A stretch of DNA of 64,000 nt from Candidatus Poribacteria bacterium. Lineage in GTDB: Bacteria > Poribacteria > WGA-4E > WGA-3G. The stretch is from contig OZ243938.1 in NCBI GenBank assembly GCA_965214095.1, positions 3,104,001-3,168,000 of the forward strand. Direction: 5' to 3'. The position numbers and the translations under genes are program-made. Position 1 is the first letter of the stretch; every line of letters starts with the position of its first letter. The notes under the pieces are model-generated. The model was not told the DNA's origin, made no database searches, and was given only the letters and a program-made list of their open reading frames with translations. This document shows positions 51,854 through 61,971 of the stretch, one piece after another.

Positions 51854-54800
51854 TTAGAATCCCATCATTGCTCGCACAAATGTAGTATTACTGGTTGTGT
51901 TCTTGAGTAGGATCGTAGTCCTGCGGTAACCCGCCAAGATGACGATATTGAAACCGAGCCATTCACCTCTATTAATAGCTTGGATTTCAAAAATTCGCTT
52001 CCGCAAATCAGGACGATAGCGGATTGGCACCGATTCATCTGGACCGAAAACAGCCAGATAGTTCTTGAAGTTCTTATCTCGGTTGGTAAACTTCCGATAT
52101 TGGAATCCACCCAGAATATTCACTTTTGGAGTAAATTGGTAATCAAGGCGAACACCAAGAACATCTTCTCGACTTCTACGGTTGAAACGGAGATATTCAA
52201 CTGGTTCGTCGTCTGTTGGAACAAAGTGCCGTGAATTTAGGACTTCGCCGATTTCTTCAGCAGTTCTGTCAAACGCACGATCCCAAATATACTTAACCAT
52301 TGGTGTCAGTGTCAAATCTTCACCGATCCTGTCCACATACGGAAGGTCACCAAGTGGAATTTCATATTTGGCTTTGAGAATAACCTGTTGACTCCGGATG
52401 TTCCGTTCCGGATAACGACGCAAATTCCAATTGTTGATATCGTAAATGAGACCAGTGTCGCCTGGGTCAAGTGCGTTTATACCATGATCAGGATAAAACG
52501 GGAAGTCCCGTCTGTCACCACTCGTTCGCACCTGTTCATCAGGAACAAGAAAATCAACACGTTCATCCGGTTCAAATAACTCCGCCCCAGCATCATACTC
52601 TACATCTAAGAAAACTGCTTCTTCTTCATCAAGTTCAAATTGCTTCTGCAATACGACCAAAAGCTTGGTTTCCAACGTGAGATTAGGGACAGCAGTATAG
52701 AGGAACTGCAAGGTTGTTGTATTTACACGGGCATTGTAGTAATCAAGTTCGTCTTCAGTCTGTTCAGCTTCCAATTCACCAACCTGTAAGGTAATGGTGT
52801 AATCAGGAATATCGTCACGGACTCGAACGAAACGGTTTTGGAAAAGGATTGTTCCAAAATCTGGAATATCCCGTTGGTAGGTCACATGTAGATATTTGGA
52901 ATCATTTTGCCTACGACTTGAGACTTCGTTTTCATTCAACCAACCCACTTGAAGAGACAAATTATCAAGTAAATCATATTCTGCTTTAAGATGATAACCT
53001 TCTCTGTCAATGCCGTATTCATACTGTGGTTCAAAATCATCCTCAAGTGAATCAATTGTTCCATTATTATTTAAGTCAATCAAATCAGTAAAGACAGGGG
53101 GATCAGCCTCAAAGATTAGGAAATCTTCTTGATAATCTAAGATACCGTTCTGGTCTCTATCATCAGCACGTGGTAGGACATTATCAAAGTCAATGTCATC
53201 TGGCCAATCGTCGTCATCGTCATCATCCTCAATGAGTGCATAATGAGGTTCATCCCATGGATTAGCGTCAAGTGATGGTCCAGAGGGAGGAATGGTATAA
53301 GTCTGATCACGGTCTATATTTGCCCCGAAGTTCAGGTATGTAGTTGTGTAACCAGGATCAATGTGGTATAACACACCCTCAAGGTAGAGTTTTCCAAAAC
53401 GTGATTTGAGTTGGACAAACCATGCGGATTCTCTGCCTAACATTCCATCGCCATCTACATCTGTTCCATCTCCACCCAGCATTGCTTCAAACCGTTCTCC
53501 CTCTGCCTCTGAGTAGGTAGGTATACCATTTGGGTCGGTCACGAGACCATCAGCCCCAACAGTTACATTAGTAGTTTCTTCACCGTCCTCAGTAACGATA
53601 ACGGATCTGACACGGCTAAACCCTACTTGATCTTTAGGAATAGTAGGATACTGTTTGTATTTGCCGTTAATAGAATAGTGTGCTCTGACAAAAACATTTC
53701 CAACTGTTCCTTCCAAATCTAAACCATAGAGAAGTGCTGCACGTGCAGCACCATAGCGATATTGGACTTTTCTCGGTCTTCCTTCACCTTCCCAGGCAGC
53801 AGGATTGTCTAAAAGAGCTGCTCGATTATCAGTATAATCTGAAGATTGTCCGTAGTTCCCTGGTGCCTCAATGATGTCACGATATGGCATTTGGATGTGA
53901 CCGTCTTCAGTCTTAATCCATTCTTGAATATCCGCATCTGACTCAGCAAGGTTAGCTTCACTTGTACCAATTACAGCAATGTTATAGTCACCAGCAACGA
54001 TCATATCAAAAACGACATCTTTTACTGTGCGTGGATCAATGTCATGCTGTTCAAATACCAAGTCATATCTCATCTTATTGAAACCATCAGCGATCTTCCA
54101 TTCTCCATCAACGGAATCACGAATTTGATCAACAGAAGGATCTACGGGTTGAATTTCGTCTGTAAACACATCAATTTCTATTTTTTCTTCGGGTAGCAGA
54201 TTCGGTTCAATACCTTCAGCTAAGTCTTCAGCAGGTAGATCTTCAAGAGATTGTGTAATGACCGTAATTTTCATGGACTTGACAGCTGCACCTACACCCC
54301 CTTGAAATCTGTCCTCAAGTATATTTTGGAGTTCATCTGGCGAAAGCCCTCTACGGTCATTCGTATTAATAAAGGTTTCGTATAGATGATTGTCTTCAGG
54401 AGAGTCATCACGGAAAACAACCGTAATGCTTTCTGGTGGGGTATTCGCAACTGTCCCCATCAACGGGTTTTCCACACGTTCCGGGTGTTCTTTATGCAAG
54501 TTGACATAAGTGAACCCAATACGGAAAATGTCTCCTAATAGTCCTTGTGCACGGAAACCAATAAGACGAGCATTCTCAATGTGTCGAACACCCGCATCAT
54601 CGTTCAAACCATTTCGACGACCAAGCGTCGGAGCAAGGTTAGCGTTCTGGTCTGGCAAATAAATGGGGTTGGAGATACGTGAGTTAATTAGGGTAAAAAG
54701 GTGACGCTCTTGCGAAAATGAGATGTCCCACCTGAATCCATCAAATTCAGTTTTGTAGATCGCATATCTATTAGGGAATAAGGTAGATGGTTTGAGACGA

Positions 54801-55186
54801 ATATGGTCGCCAATGGCAAACTCTGTATATCTACCTCGATAGGCATCTTCAGTCAGGATAGTACGGTCCAATTGGATCGAGTACCGTTCACTATCAAGCT
54901 GACCTGTCCTACCTATGATCAATTCTCCGTTCTGATCAAACTCTTTCTCTTCAAGATAATGTTGGACTTCACTTCCTTCCAGAAGTTCTTTACCGAATAA
55001 ATCATAGAAGAACTTAGGTTCTTCTTCCAATCGGAATCTATCTGAGAATTTAGAGTCTCCATCAATAGTTGGCAAGAGAGGTTCTTGCGGTCCTAAGCTC
55101 TGTGCGCCACAACCGTAGAGCACAAGCACACTTAGGATACATGGTACTACAAGTAAAACATTGTATAGGCGTTTTAACTTGTTCAT
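51854..55186 (-). CDS. 1110-aa hypothetical lipoprotein, probable outer-membrane beta-barrel with Ca-binding-type loops
   Basis: Lipobox LYGC, alternating beta-strand segments, DxDxDG/DxNxNG motifs and C-terminal TFVRAMMGF. AAGGAGG RBS. Confidence 0.7.
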   Translation of the reverse strand: MNKLKRLYNVLLVVPCILSVLVLYGCGAQSLGPQEPLLPTIDGDSKFSDRFRLEEEPKFFYDLFGKELLEGSEVQHYLEEKEFDQNGELIIGRTGQLDSERYSIQLDRTILTEDAYRGRYTEFAIGDHIRLKPSTLFPNRYAIYKTEFDGFRWDISFSQERHLFTLINSRISNPIYLPDQNANLAPTLGRRNGLNDDAGVRHIENARLIGFRAQGLLGDIFRIGFTYVNLHKEHPERVENPLMGTVANTPPESITVVFRDDSPEDNHLYETFINTNDRRGLSPDELQNILEDRFQGGVGAAVKSMKITVITQSLEDLPAEDLAEGIEPNLLPEEKIEIDVFTDEIQPVDPSVDQIRDSVDGEWKIADGFNKMRYDLVFEQHDIDPRTVKDVVFDMIVAGDYNIAVIGTSEANLAESDADIQEWIKTEDGHIQMPYRDIIEAPGNYGQSSDYTDNRAALLDNPAAWEGEGRPRKVQYRYGAARAALLYGLDLEGTVGNVFVRAHYSINGKYKQYPTIPKDQVGFSRVRSVIVTEDGEETTNVTVGADGLVTDPNGIPTYSEAEGERFEAMLGGDGTDVDGDGMLGRESAWFVQLKSRFGKLYLEGVLYHIDPGYTTTYLNFGANIDRDQTYTIPPSGPSLDANPWDEPHYALIEDDDDDDDWPDDIDFDNVLPRADDRDQNGILDYQEDFLIFEADPPVFTDLIDLNNNGTIDSLEDDFEPQYEYGIDREGYHLKAEYDLLDNLSLQVGWLNENEVSSRRQNDSKYLHVTYQRDIPDFGTILFQNRFVRVRDDIPDYTITLQVGELEAEQTEDELDYYNARVNTTTLQFLYTAVPNLTLETKLLVVLQKQFELDEEEAVFLDVEYDAGAELFEPDERVDFLVPDEQVRTSGDRRDFPFYPDHGINALDPGDTGLIYDINNWNLRRYPERNIRSQQVILKAKYEIPLGDLPYVDRIGEDLTLTPMVKYIWDRAFDRTAEEIGEVLNSRHFVPTDDEPVEYLRFNRRSREDVLGVRLDYQFTPKVNILGGFQYRKFTNRDKNFKNYLAVFGPDESVPIRYRPDLRKRIFEIQAINRGEWLGFNIVILAGYRRTTILLKNTTSNTTFVRAMMGF

Positions 55187-55666
55187 TAGTTTGTTATTCC
55201 TCCTTAGGAAAATTTTGATTCGAATTAGATCACCTGTCTACGTAAATCACGTTTCCTGAGTGCAGGTGTCTAACATCCGAAAAACCTTAAATACTGGAAA
55301 GAATCTATAATATTTGTAAACAAATAAAGAAAATATCCGTTATTTACTATAACAGATTATCCGTGTGAGTTAAGTAATTTCACTCACTCTCAAATACAAA
55401 CTTCTGCTTGACAGATTGAAAATATAGTTTAGCAGGAATTAGATTCATACCAAATTAAGGGGTTTTGAGAGTACACTCCACAAAACGCTTATTAAGTGTA
55501 TAAAATAACATAGATGTGATTTTCTGTCAAGTTTTTGACGAAAAAGAAAAATGCAACTGAAAAATTCTGATATATCATACCAAAATTGTCATTATTTTGC
55601 AACAAAAAACATTTTCATCAATTTATTTTTAATAGAAGTTATTTATTTGTCGTGTGAACTTGTGAT

Positions 55667-57073
55667 TTAACTACGACTGTGTTCTGTTGTTCTCTGGACA
55701 AATTCAGAGAATAAAGCAAACGTAATTCCTAAACATAACCCTACAATGCCCGATAAAATTACAATCAATTTGAATTGAGGACTCACAGGCACCTTTCTTG
55801 GAACAGCACTATCAACGATCTCAATCCCACCTTTCTGTTTAGGATTAATATCGGATTCTGCACCGATAATTTCAGATTCAAGATACCTTTTTTCAATCTC
55901 TTCCTTGATTGTACTTGCCAATTCTATTTTCGTGCGTAGTTGCGTTAGAGTATGTTGGTTTTCTGGAATTTGGTTTAGTAATTTCTGCAGTTCATCACTA
56001 ACTTCACGTAATTCTCGCTTGAGTTGAGTTACTTCGTTTTTATATCCTTCTATCAGCGGGGGCAGCTCAATCAATTGGTTCTGTATATGGGTATAATTTG
56101 CAGAAATACCGTAGGTAGTTGTAGTCGTCGTTTTCGGGGTGGTTTCAGACTGTTCCCGCAACTCATCAATTTGCGCCTCAAGTCCACTGATCTCATGCGA
56201 ACTTTTTCCTGCCTGTTCCGCATCACCAGTACGCTGAGATTCTAAGTCAATTAATTTTTCGTTCTTATATAACCAAAGCGGATTGTGGTTTTGAGTTTCG
56301 GAGATTTGTGTCTGTTTAGGAAGGTCTTTCAGTTGGATTTCAAAATGACTTAATCGCTTGCTTGCCGTATGAAGTGCTTGTTCTGAAATCCCTAAACGTT
56401 CCTGCAAGTTTAGGTGTTGTTCAAATAAACTTGCTAACATAGGGAACCAAGTTTCAGGACTATTGTTTTCGCGGATAAATGTAAGAGATTCGTCTATCAA
56501 TTTCGCTATTTCTGTATCGATTTCTTCACGTTTTTGCTCAAGAAAACTTTGCCGTCTTGCTAACCTTGTTTTTTCATTTTCACTCCGTAACGCCTGCATG
56601 TCCCGGGCGAGTTGATTAACTAATAGCGCAGCATTCCGTTCCCCACCTTCAGCTTCACTTAACTCAATCTTTAGTTCAATATAGTCAGCCTCTGGGTGTA
56701 TTTGTGCATTCAATTTGCGTTTGAGATTTCCTACACCTGGTAGGTGCTGTACACCGCCAAGTTCGTTATCCTCAAGGTTTTCAACAGCAGCGTTTAACAT
56801 AGATTCTGTTGAAAACCTTTCACTAATAGTTGCCATCTCCCTCCGATCAACACCGCCCGAGAAAACGGATTGGAACAAATTAGCAGAGGAGAAAGAAGGG
56901 GTCGTATTAGGTTGGATGAGAAGCATCTTTGTTGATGCGGAGTAGGTTTTCGGTATACGGAGAGATATAACGAGTGACGTTCCTAAAACCAATAAGGCAC
57001 TTAAGCAGATTACAAAACTGTATTTTCGTATGAATTGTAAGTAGTCACGTAACAGATCTTCTGTCTGAGGCAT
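55667..57073 (-). CDS. Wzz/Wzc-like (GumC) polysaccharide co-polymerase, no kinase domain
   Basis: Wzz N-terminus (IPKTYSASTKML), long coiled coil, and IVDSAVPRKVPVSP followed by a GLCLG TM segment. Confidence 0.82.
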   Translation of the reverse strand: MPQTEDLLRDYLQFIRKYSFVICLSALLVLGTSLVISLRIPKTYSASTKMLLIQPNTTPSFSSANLFQSVFSGGVDRREMATISERFSTESMLNAAVENLEDNELGGVQHLPGVGNLKRKLNAQIHPEADYIELKIELSEAEGGERNAALLVNQLARDMQALRSENEKTRLARRQSFLEQKREEIDTEIAKLIDESLTFIRENNSPETWFPMLASLFEQHLNLQERLGISEQALHTASKRLSHFEIQLKDLPKQTQISETQNHNPLWLYKNEKLIDLESQRTGDAEQAGKSSHEISGLEAQIDELREQSETTPKTTTTTTYGISANYTHIQNQLIELPPLIEGYKNEVTQLKRELREVSDELQKLLNQIPENQHTLTQLRTKIELASTIKEEIEKRYLESEIIGAESDINPKQKGGIEIVDSAVPRKVPVSPQFKLIVILSGIVGLCLGITFALFSEFVQRTTEHSRS

Positions 57074-57097
57074 GAAAATAACTTTTCACCTTATTGA

Positions 57098-57658
57098 CTA
57101 TAAATTGTTGGCAATACGAATTTCTTCATCGTTAAAAGCTTCGTCATGCCATTCGGTGATACGCCATTCACCGTCTCTCTTTTCAAAGATAAACAGGTTG
57201 TCACCCTCTGCGAACCATCCAGTGAATCCACCTTCAAGGGATTCTCCATCAGCAACAAAACCTTGAATACGGTAATGATTTCGGACTTCTGCTTGATTAC
57301 CATCCTCACTGATCGCTATTTCAGGTGGAACGGAGAGTTCAATTTCAATATCTTGAAAACGACTGAAAACTCGGGTAGCAGAATCACGTTCGTCTCGGAT
57401 GTCGTCAAACTCCAGGTCATCCGTTTTATCGCCATCTGTCCCCATATCAGAAACATAACGAAACCCATCAGACCAATATGCGCTCATATAGGTCTCTACA
57501 TCTTCGGTTTCATAACCTTCTCTCCATCTCTTAATGACGCTGTTAATTGCCAAAAAGTCCTCTGGCGGTACTTGATTAACCTTATCAACATCACCGCATC
57601 CAATAAAACTCGCTAAAAGAACGAGTACACTACTAATTTTTACTAATCTCTTTAACAT
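57098..57658 (-). CDS. NTF2/SnoaL-like lipoprotein
   Basis: Lipobox FIGC, WREGYETEDVETYMSAY and FEKRDGEWRITEW. Confidence 0.75.
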   Translation of the reverse strand: MLKRLVKISSVLVLLASFIGCGDVDKVNQVPPEDFLAINSVIKRWREGYETEDVETYMSAYWSDGFRYVSDMGTDGDKTDDLEFDDIRDERDSATRVFSRFQDIEIELSVPPEIAISEDGNQAEVRNHYRIQGFVADGESLEGGFTGWFAEGDNLFIFEKRDGEWRITEWHDEAFNDEEIRIANNL

Positions 57659-57676
57659 AATAATCTTGCCTCCAAA

Positions 57677-58246
57677 TTAAAATGTTTTGACGACTCCTAA
57701 ATAGAGCCGTGACGGTGTGATTCCAACTTGGAGTCCCAAATTTTCGATTTGTTTTGCATCCTCTTGTATAGAATTAACATGCGAATTTGCATTATAAAAA
57801 TTCGCACTTACATAAGAATCAATGATGCTATACGCCCAAATTCCGATGCCTGTATATATAAAAAACATCCTAAGTTTATACTTTTGATTTGCCTTGTCGT
57901 AACTCGCAAATACAGTCTCAGTATCATCTGGATCAAAACTTGCGGTGAGCGCGTAGTTATCATACTCCGCAGCAAACGATTGATGTGCGAAATACGCACC
58001 AACTGCTGAGCTGCTAATACCGAGTAAAATCAAACTGGCACGGAAGTAGTTGCGACTATGTATCTGTCCCCAGCCAGGAAGAAAGGTAGACCGAACCATA
58101 GTTCCAATCGGCGAAATCAGTCTTATTGATTCTTCTGATGCCGTTACCTTAATGCTGTTGTTAATATCAATACTGTTGTTAATATCATCTGCGAAACAAA
58201 ATTGTAGACTCAACAGTAAAATCAAAAGTGGCAAAAATAAACGCAT
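57677..58246 (-). CDS. DUF5683-like membrane protein
   Basis: RSTFLPGWGQIH and IWAYSIIDSYVSA. Contains a short internal duplication (DINNSI twice). Confidence 0.7.
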   Translation of the reverse strand: MRLFLPLLILLLSLQFCFADDINNSIDINNSIKVTASEESIRLISPIGTMVRSTFLPGWGQIHSRNYFRASLILLGISSSAVGAYFAHQSFAAEYDNYALTASFDPDDTETVFASYDKANQKYKLRMFFIYTGIGIWAYSIIDSYVSANFYNANSHVNSIQEDAKQIENLGLQVGITPSRLYLGVVKTF

Positions 58247-58370
58247 TGATTCCTTTATGGTGATTTAAAAAAATGTAAACAGTTTTAAGCATTGATATAC
58301 ATATTGGATGCCTTGCACAAAATTTGACAAGACATCCAAAGGTATTTAAATCAATTGTTTTGTCAAAATC

Positions 58371-59948
58371 TTATCTTCTTCGTTTTGACCTTTCCGATGT
58401 TCGGCTCCGAGTAGTCTTCTTATCGTCGTCGTCATCGGAACTTGAACTTGAACTTGTAGATGTTGTTGACCGAGTCCGAGAACTTGAAGACGATGAACTG
58501 CTAGCACTTGTAGGTGGTGTTCGCGACTGTGTAGATCTCGACCTTGTAATAGTAGATTGACGCTGTTTAGTACGATCAACGTTACTACTGCCAACACGAG
58601 AACTTGACGAAGTATTTGAACGGGATGAAGACGAATATGTTGATCTCCTTTGAAGTTGAGAAGATCTTTCCGATGCAGAAGAAGTCCGACTTCTACTTGT
58701 ACTCACATTAGAACGGGATTTGAGTATAAGTCTCCGTTGTCTGTCAGTTGTCTGTACCGAAGAAGGTGTGCGACTACTACTATATGTCCGGACAGCACCA
58801 GTTTGTCGTGATGTTGACCGTGCAATAGGAGAACGTTGCTTTTGAGATATAATTGAAGCACGACTTACACGTTCAGTTGATGGCGGTGCTTCCCTACGGT
58901 GATTGTCAATGACAGCCCCCACCTCAGTTTGGGTCTGAGTCCTTTGAGTCGACCTATGTGGTGTTGCCAAACGACTCCGCGTATATTGCTTACGTACGGT
59001 TTCGTGACCTGCGCTCCATCTATTTAACTGAGTCCGCTTTCTATAGACCGGCGAAACCCTACCGTATCCGTACCCCCCATAACCGTAATATGGTGAGTGG
59101 TAATATGCATATCGTGCCGGATAATAAGTGCGATAACGACCTAAGTATCCACCGTAATGTGTCCGGATTGTTAGGAAGTGATGATCGTAAATAGGATAAT
59201 TCCAACACAGATAGGAATCATATCCTGATGAATAAAAGATTGGACCATCATAGAAGTAGAGATATGTGTACTGGTTCCATGGACGCCAGCGATACGATGG
59301 TGTATAGTGTTGAATTACACGAACTTTCGGAGCTCTACGATAGGTTGAAACTTCAATATATTCAACATCAAGTTGCTCGCCACCTTCAGCAACGATATGA
59401 ACTTCCATATACCCATTGTCAACATGTCCTGCGACAGGAATCTTGATAGTTTCTGATCGGTTCTTTGCACGAAGTACAAAGGTATCACCATATCGTGTTT
59501 CAGATGCATTTTGGTCGTTATAGCCGCGTCTGGTTGCTTCACGTTTAAGATTGCGAATCCAAACTCTACCTGCTATCGGTTCATAATCGTCGTTAATCTC
59601 AAACTTGTTGGGTTCACCTTTGTATCTTATTAAGATTTCAATGGATTGTGCATTTCTCGGAATTTCAAAAAGGTAGACACCACTTGCAATGGCAAATTCA
59701 AAGTTTTCAGCATCTTGATGCGAACTTGCCCAAGCAGTGAGTCGCATACCATCTTCAAAAAGCGGGCTCCCAGTAATTGTGGCATTGCCACGTTCTATCC
59801 ATTCATCCACATCACTTGCGACCCGATGTTCGCGACTCAACCGGTCCGCATAATAGCCGTAATCGGCGTAACTCACTGCTGCTAATGTCCCGATCAGCAT
59901 GCAGCCGAGGAGTCCTGCGATTGTGATTGTAAAAATTCGTTTCAGCAT
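58371..59948 (-). CDS. Exported hypothetical protein with Tyr-rich and Ser/Arg-rich low-complexity tail
   Basis: Signal peptide, ~190-aa globular region, Y/G-rich segment and S/R/T-rich tail. GGAGG RBS. Confidence 0.75.
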   Translation of the reverse strand: MLKRIFTITIAGLLGCMLIGTLAAVSYADYGYYADRLSREHRVASDVDEWIERGNATITGSPLFEDGMRLTAWASSHQDAENFEFAIASGVYLFEIPRNAQSIEILIRYKGEPNKFEINDDYEPIAGRVWIRNLKREATRRGYNDQNASETRYGDTFVLRAKNRSETIKIPVAGHVDNGYMEVHIVAEGGEQLDVEYIEVSTYRRAPKVRVIQHYTPSYRWRPWNQYTYLYFYDGPIFYSSGYDSYLCWNYPIYDHHFLTIRTHYGGYLGRYRTYYPARYAYYHSPYYGYGGYGYGRVSPVYRKRTQLNRWSAGHETVRKQYTRSRLATPHRSTQRTQTQTEVGAVIDNHRREAPPSTERVSRASIISQKQRSPIARSTSRQTGAVRTYSSSRTPSSVQTTDRQRRLILKSRSNVSTSRSRTSSASERSSQLQRRSTYSSSSRSNTSSSSRVGSSNVDRTKQRQSTITRSRSTQSRTPPTSASSSSSSSSRTRSTTSTSSSSSSDDDDDKKTTRSRTSERSKRRR

Positions 59949-60474
59949 GAGATTCCTCCAAAATAATGACCTTAAACCTTAGGAGTAAGATATTTTATAA
60001 CTTTATGATCTTTCCGATAGTATTAACCTGTATATTTCCGTGCCATGCTATGCATTTCACTTCTTATACGGTTTGCAGGTTGCTAAAAAAGCAACCAGGG
60101 GCTATCTCCCAAAGCACTTCTGAATTATCAGAAATGCGCTTAATTGTTTGCAAATATCCTGTTTTATCGTGGTTTTTGATAAAATAGGCTTGGTTATCGC
60201 CTAAAAATACCGCAAACAATGTCTAATTATTGTAACATATATCAACAAAGTTATAAAGAAATATATAGATATTTAGATACTGTTACTCAACCTTCTGTTC
60301 GTTTCTTAGTTTATCCTGTAAAGACTTAACTCTCTTTCTTAGTCTTCTGGTTTCAATTATCGTTAAATTTGTCGCAAAATACCGTATATGAGAACAGTAT
60401 ACAATTTCATACCATAATTGTCAAGTATAAATGTATCGGGGAAGCAGATGCTCCCACAAACTTGATATATTCAA

Positions 60475-61215
60475 TTATGACTTTGGTGTTAGTTTTAAAC
60501 CCCGTTTTTGAGCATGATCGCGAGCAAGGGGTGTTATGATAGCTGATTTTGTGTAAACCAACTCTTGGACATCAGATGCCAGATTCGCTATAACAGCTGC
60601 ACTAATGACAGGTAATGACACATTCACACGATTTGGTGTGCATATATCACAAACTGCCTCTGCAATCTGGTCAACTGGTACCCATTGAACGCCAAATTCC
60701 CTTAACGCGTTTACATGAACCGGTTCAATTATATCCAAAGTACGTGATTCTTTATCTACATATTTCTTTTTCGGTAGATTCTCCGATGCTGCTATGACCT
60801 GTTTCCCACAACAAAGTGCATGGTAAACCAGATAGGTACAAGGTGTATCAACTAACTTCAACGCTAACTTTCCCACCATTGGATAGGAAAGCGCGGGTAA
60901 AACAATTTGAGAATAACTTTCTATAAAAGTCGGTATATCGGTTAAATTGTTTTCCCGTAATATGTCCTCTTCATCAAACGTAGATTTTATCTGATCGAGG
61001 TTTACTACTTTAGTTGCAAGTTCGGATAGAATAATTCGAATTTTCCATCCTTCTTGCGAACATTTTTGAAACTGTTGCAGTACTTCATCCAATGGAAGTT
61101 GTGTGGCTCCAAGTATTACAAGCAGTTGCTTATCAGATTGTTGCGGGTTCCCCACATGCTCCTTAAGCACATTTTCAACAATTTTTTCGATTTGTGCGAT
61201 CTGTTCTGGTGTCAT
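60475..61215 (-). CDS. Microcompartment-associated flavoprotein-like protein
   Basis: Flavoprotein-like core (IILSELA, LPALSYPMVGKLAL, GKQVIAA), C-terminal IITPLARD motif and an amphipathic N-terminal helix. Follows pduL. Confidence 0.65.
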   Translation of the reverse strand: MTPEQIAQIEKIVENVLKEHVGNPQQSDKQLLVILGATQLPLDEVLQQFQKCSQEGWKIRIILSELATKVVNLDQIKSTFDEEDILRENNLTDIPTFIESYSQIVLPALSYPMVGKLALKLVDTPCTYLVYHALCCGKQVIAASENLPKKKYVDKESRTLDIIEPVHVNALREFGVQWVPVDQIAEAVCDICTPNRVNVSLPVISAAVIANLASDVQELVYTKSAIITPLARDHAQKRGLKLTPKS

Positions 61216-61217
61216 AT

Positions 61218-61925
61218 TTAGTCGCGTAGCAGTTCAACGGCTTCGCCACCTTTTAGACCAGCCGCGTTGGAATCATCTGTATCCAAGTGCATCTGAAGCA
61301 CATAAGATTCATGTATTTTCGGACGAATATTTTCAAAGGTCAATGCGCGTTCACCCGGGATACGTATTTTCAACTCGTCTGTTTCTTTGATACCGAATGC
61401 TACCGCCTGTTCAGGTTTCATATGAATGTGTCTTGCAGCACAGATCGCGCCTTCTTCTAAATAGACACTGCCAACAGGACCCACGAGGGTGATCGGATCA
61501 GCACCTGCAAGGTCTCCTGAATCACGAATAGGAGGATTCAATCCGAGGCGAATTGCCTCAGTTTGTGCAACCTCTACTTGTGAATAATCTCGCACCGGAC
61601 CGAGAATACGGACATGTTCAATTGCACGCATCCGTTTTCCTACAACAGTGACTGTTTCATTCGCGGCAAACGCTTCGGGTTGATAAAGCGGCGCATATAC
61701 GGTGAGTTGATGTCCAGCACCATACAGAATTTCAAGGTCTTCTTGAGTCACGTGTGCGTGTCTGGCAGAAACACCAACGGGAATTTTCTGCTGTGCTAAA
61801 GCAACATCACAAGCACGGTTACCCGCATCACAGGTACGCAAAGCACACCCGCTGCACGATTGATTGTCGGATAATTGACTCACTACGCGACGGGTAATTA
61901 ATTTTACTAAATCTTGGTCATGCAT
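61218..61925 (-). CDS. pduL: Phosphate propanoyltransferase PduL
   Basis: IPVGVSARHAH, RILGPVR, ARHIHM and MHLDTDDSNAA. Confidence 0.95.
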   Translation of the reverse strand: MHDQDLVKLITRRVVSQLSDNQSCSGCALRTCDAGNRACDVALAQQKIPVGVSARHAHVTQEDLEILYGAGHQLTVYAPLYQPEAFAANETVTVVGKRMRAIEHVRILGPVRDYSQVEVAQTEAIRLGLNPPIRDSGDLAGADPITLVGPVGSVYLEEGAICAARHIHMKPEQAVAFGIKETDELKIRIPGERALTFENIRPKIHESYVLQMHLDTDDSNAAGLKGGEAVELLRD

Positions 61926-61971
61926 CTCTATTAAGTTTTCTTTTTGAGTTCAAAGTACTCAGAAATAATGA

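Noticed and set aside
55187-55666. Riboswitch in the long leader of the 1110-aa gene
   Set aside because: Hairpins exist (CACCTG...CAGGTG at ~55231-55268), but no cobalamin, TPP or other known aptamer motif was recognisable.
60028-60044. Sigma54 promoter (minus-strand TGGCACG)
   Set aside because: The -12 TTGC element is absent (reads TATA).
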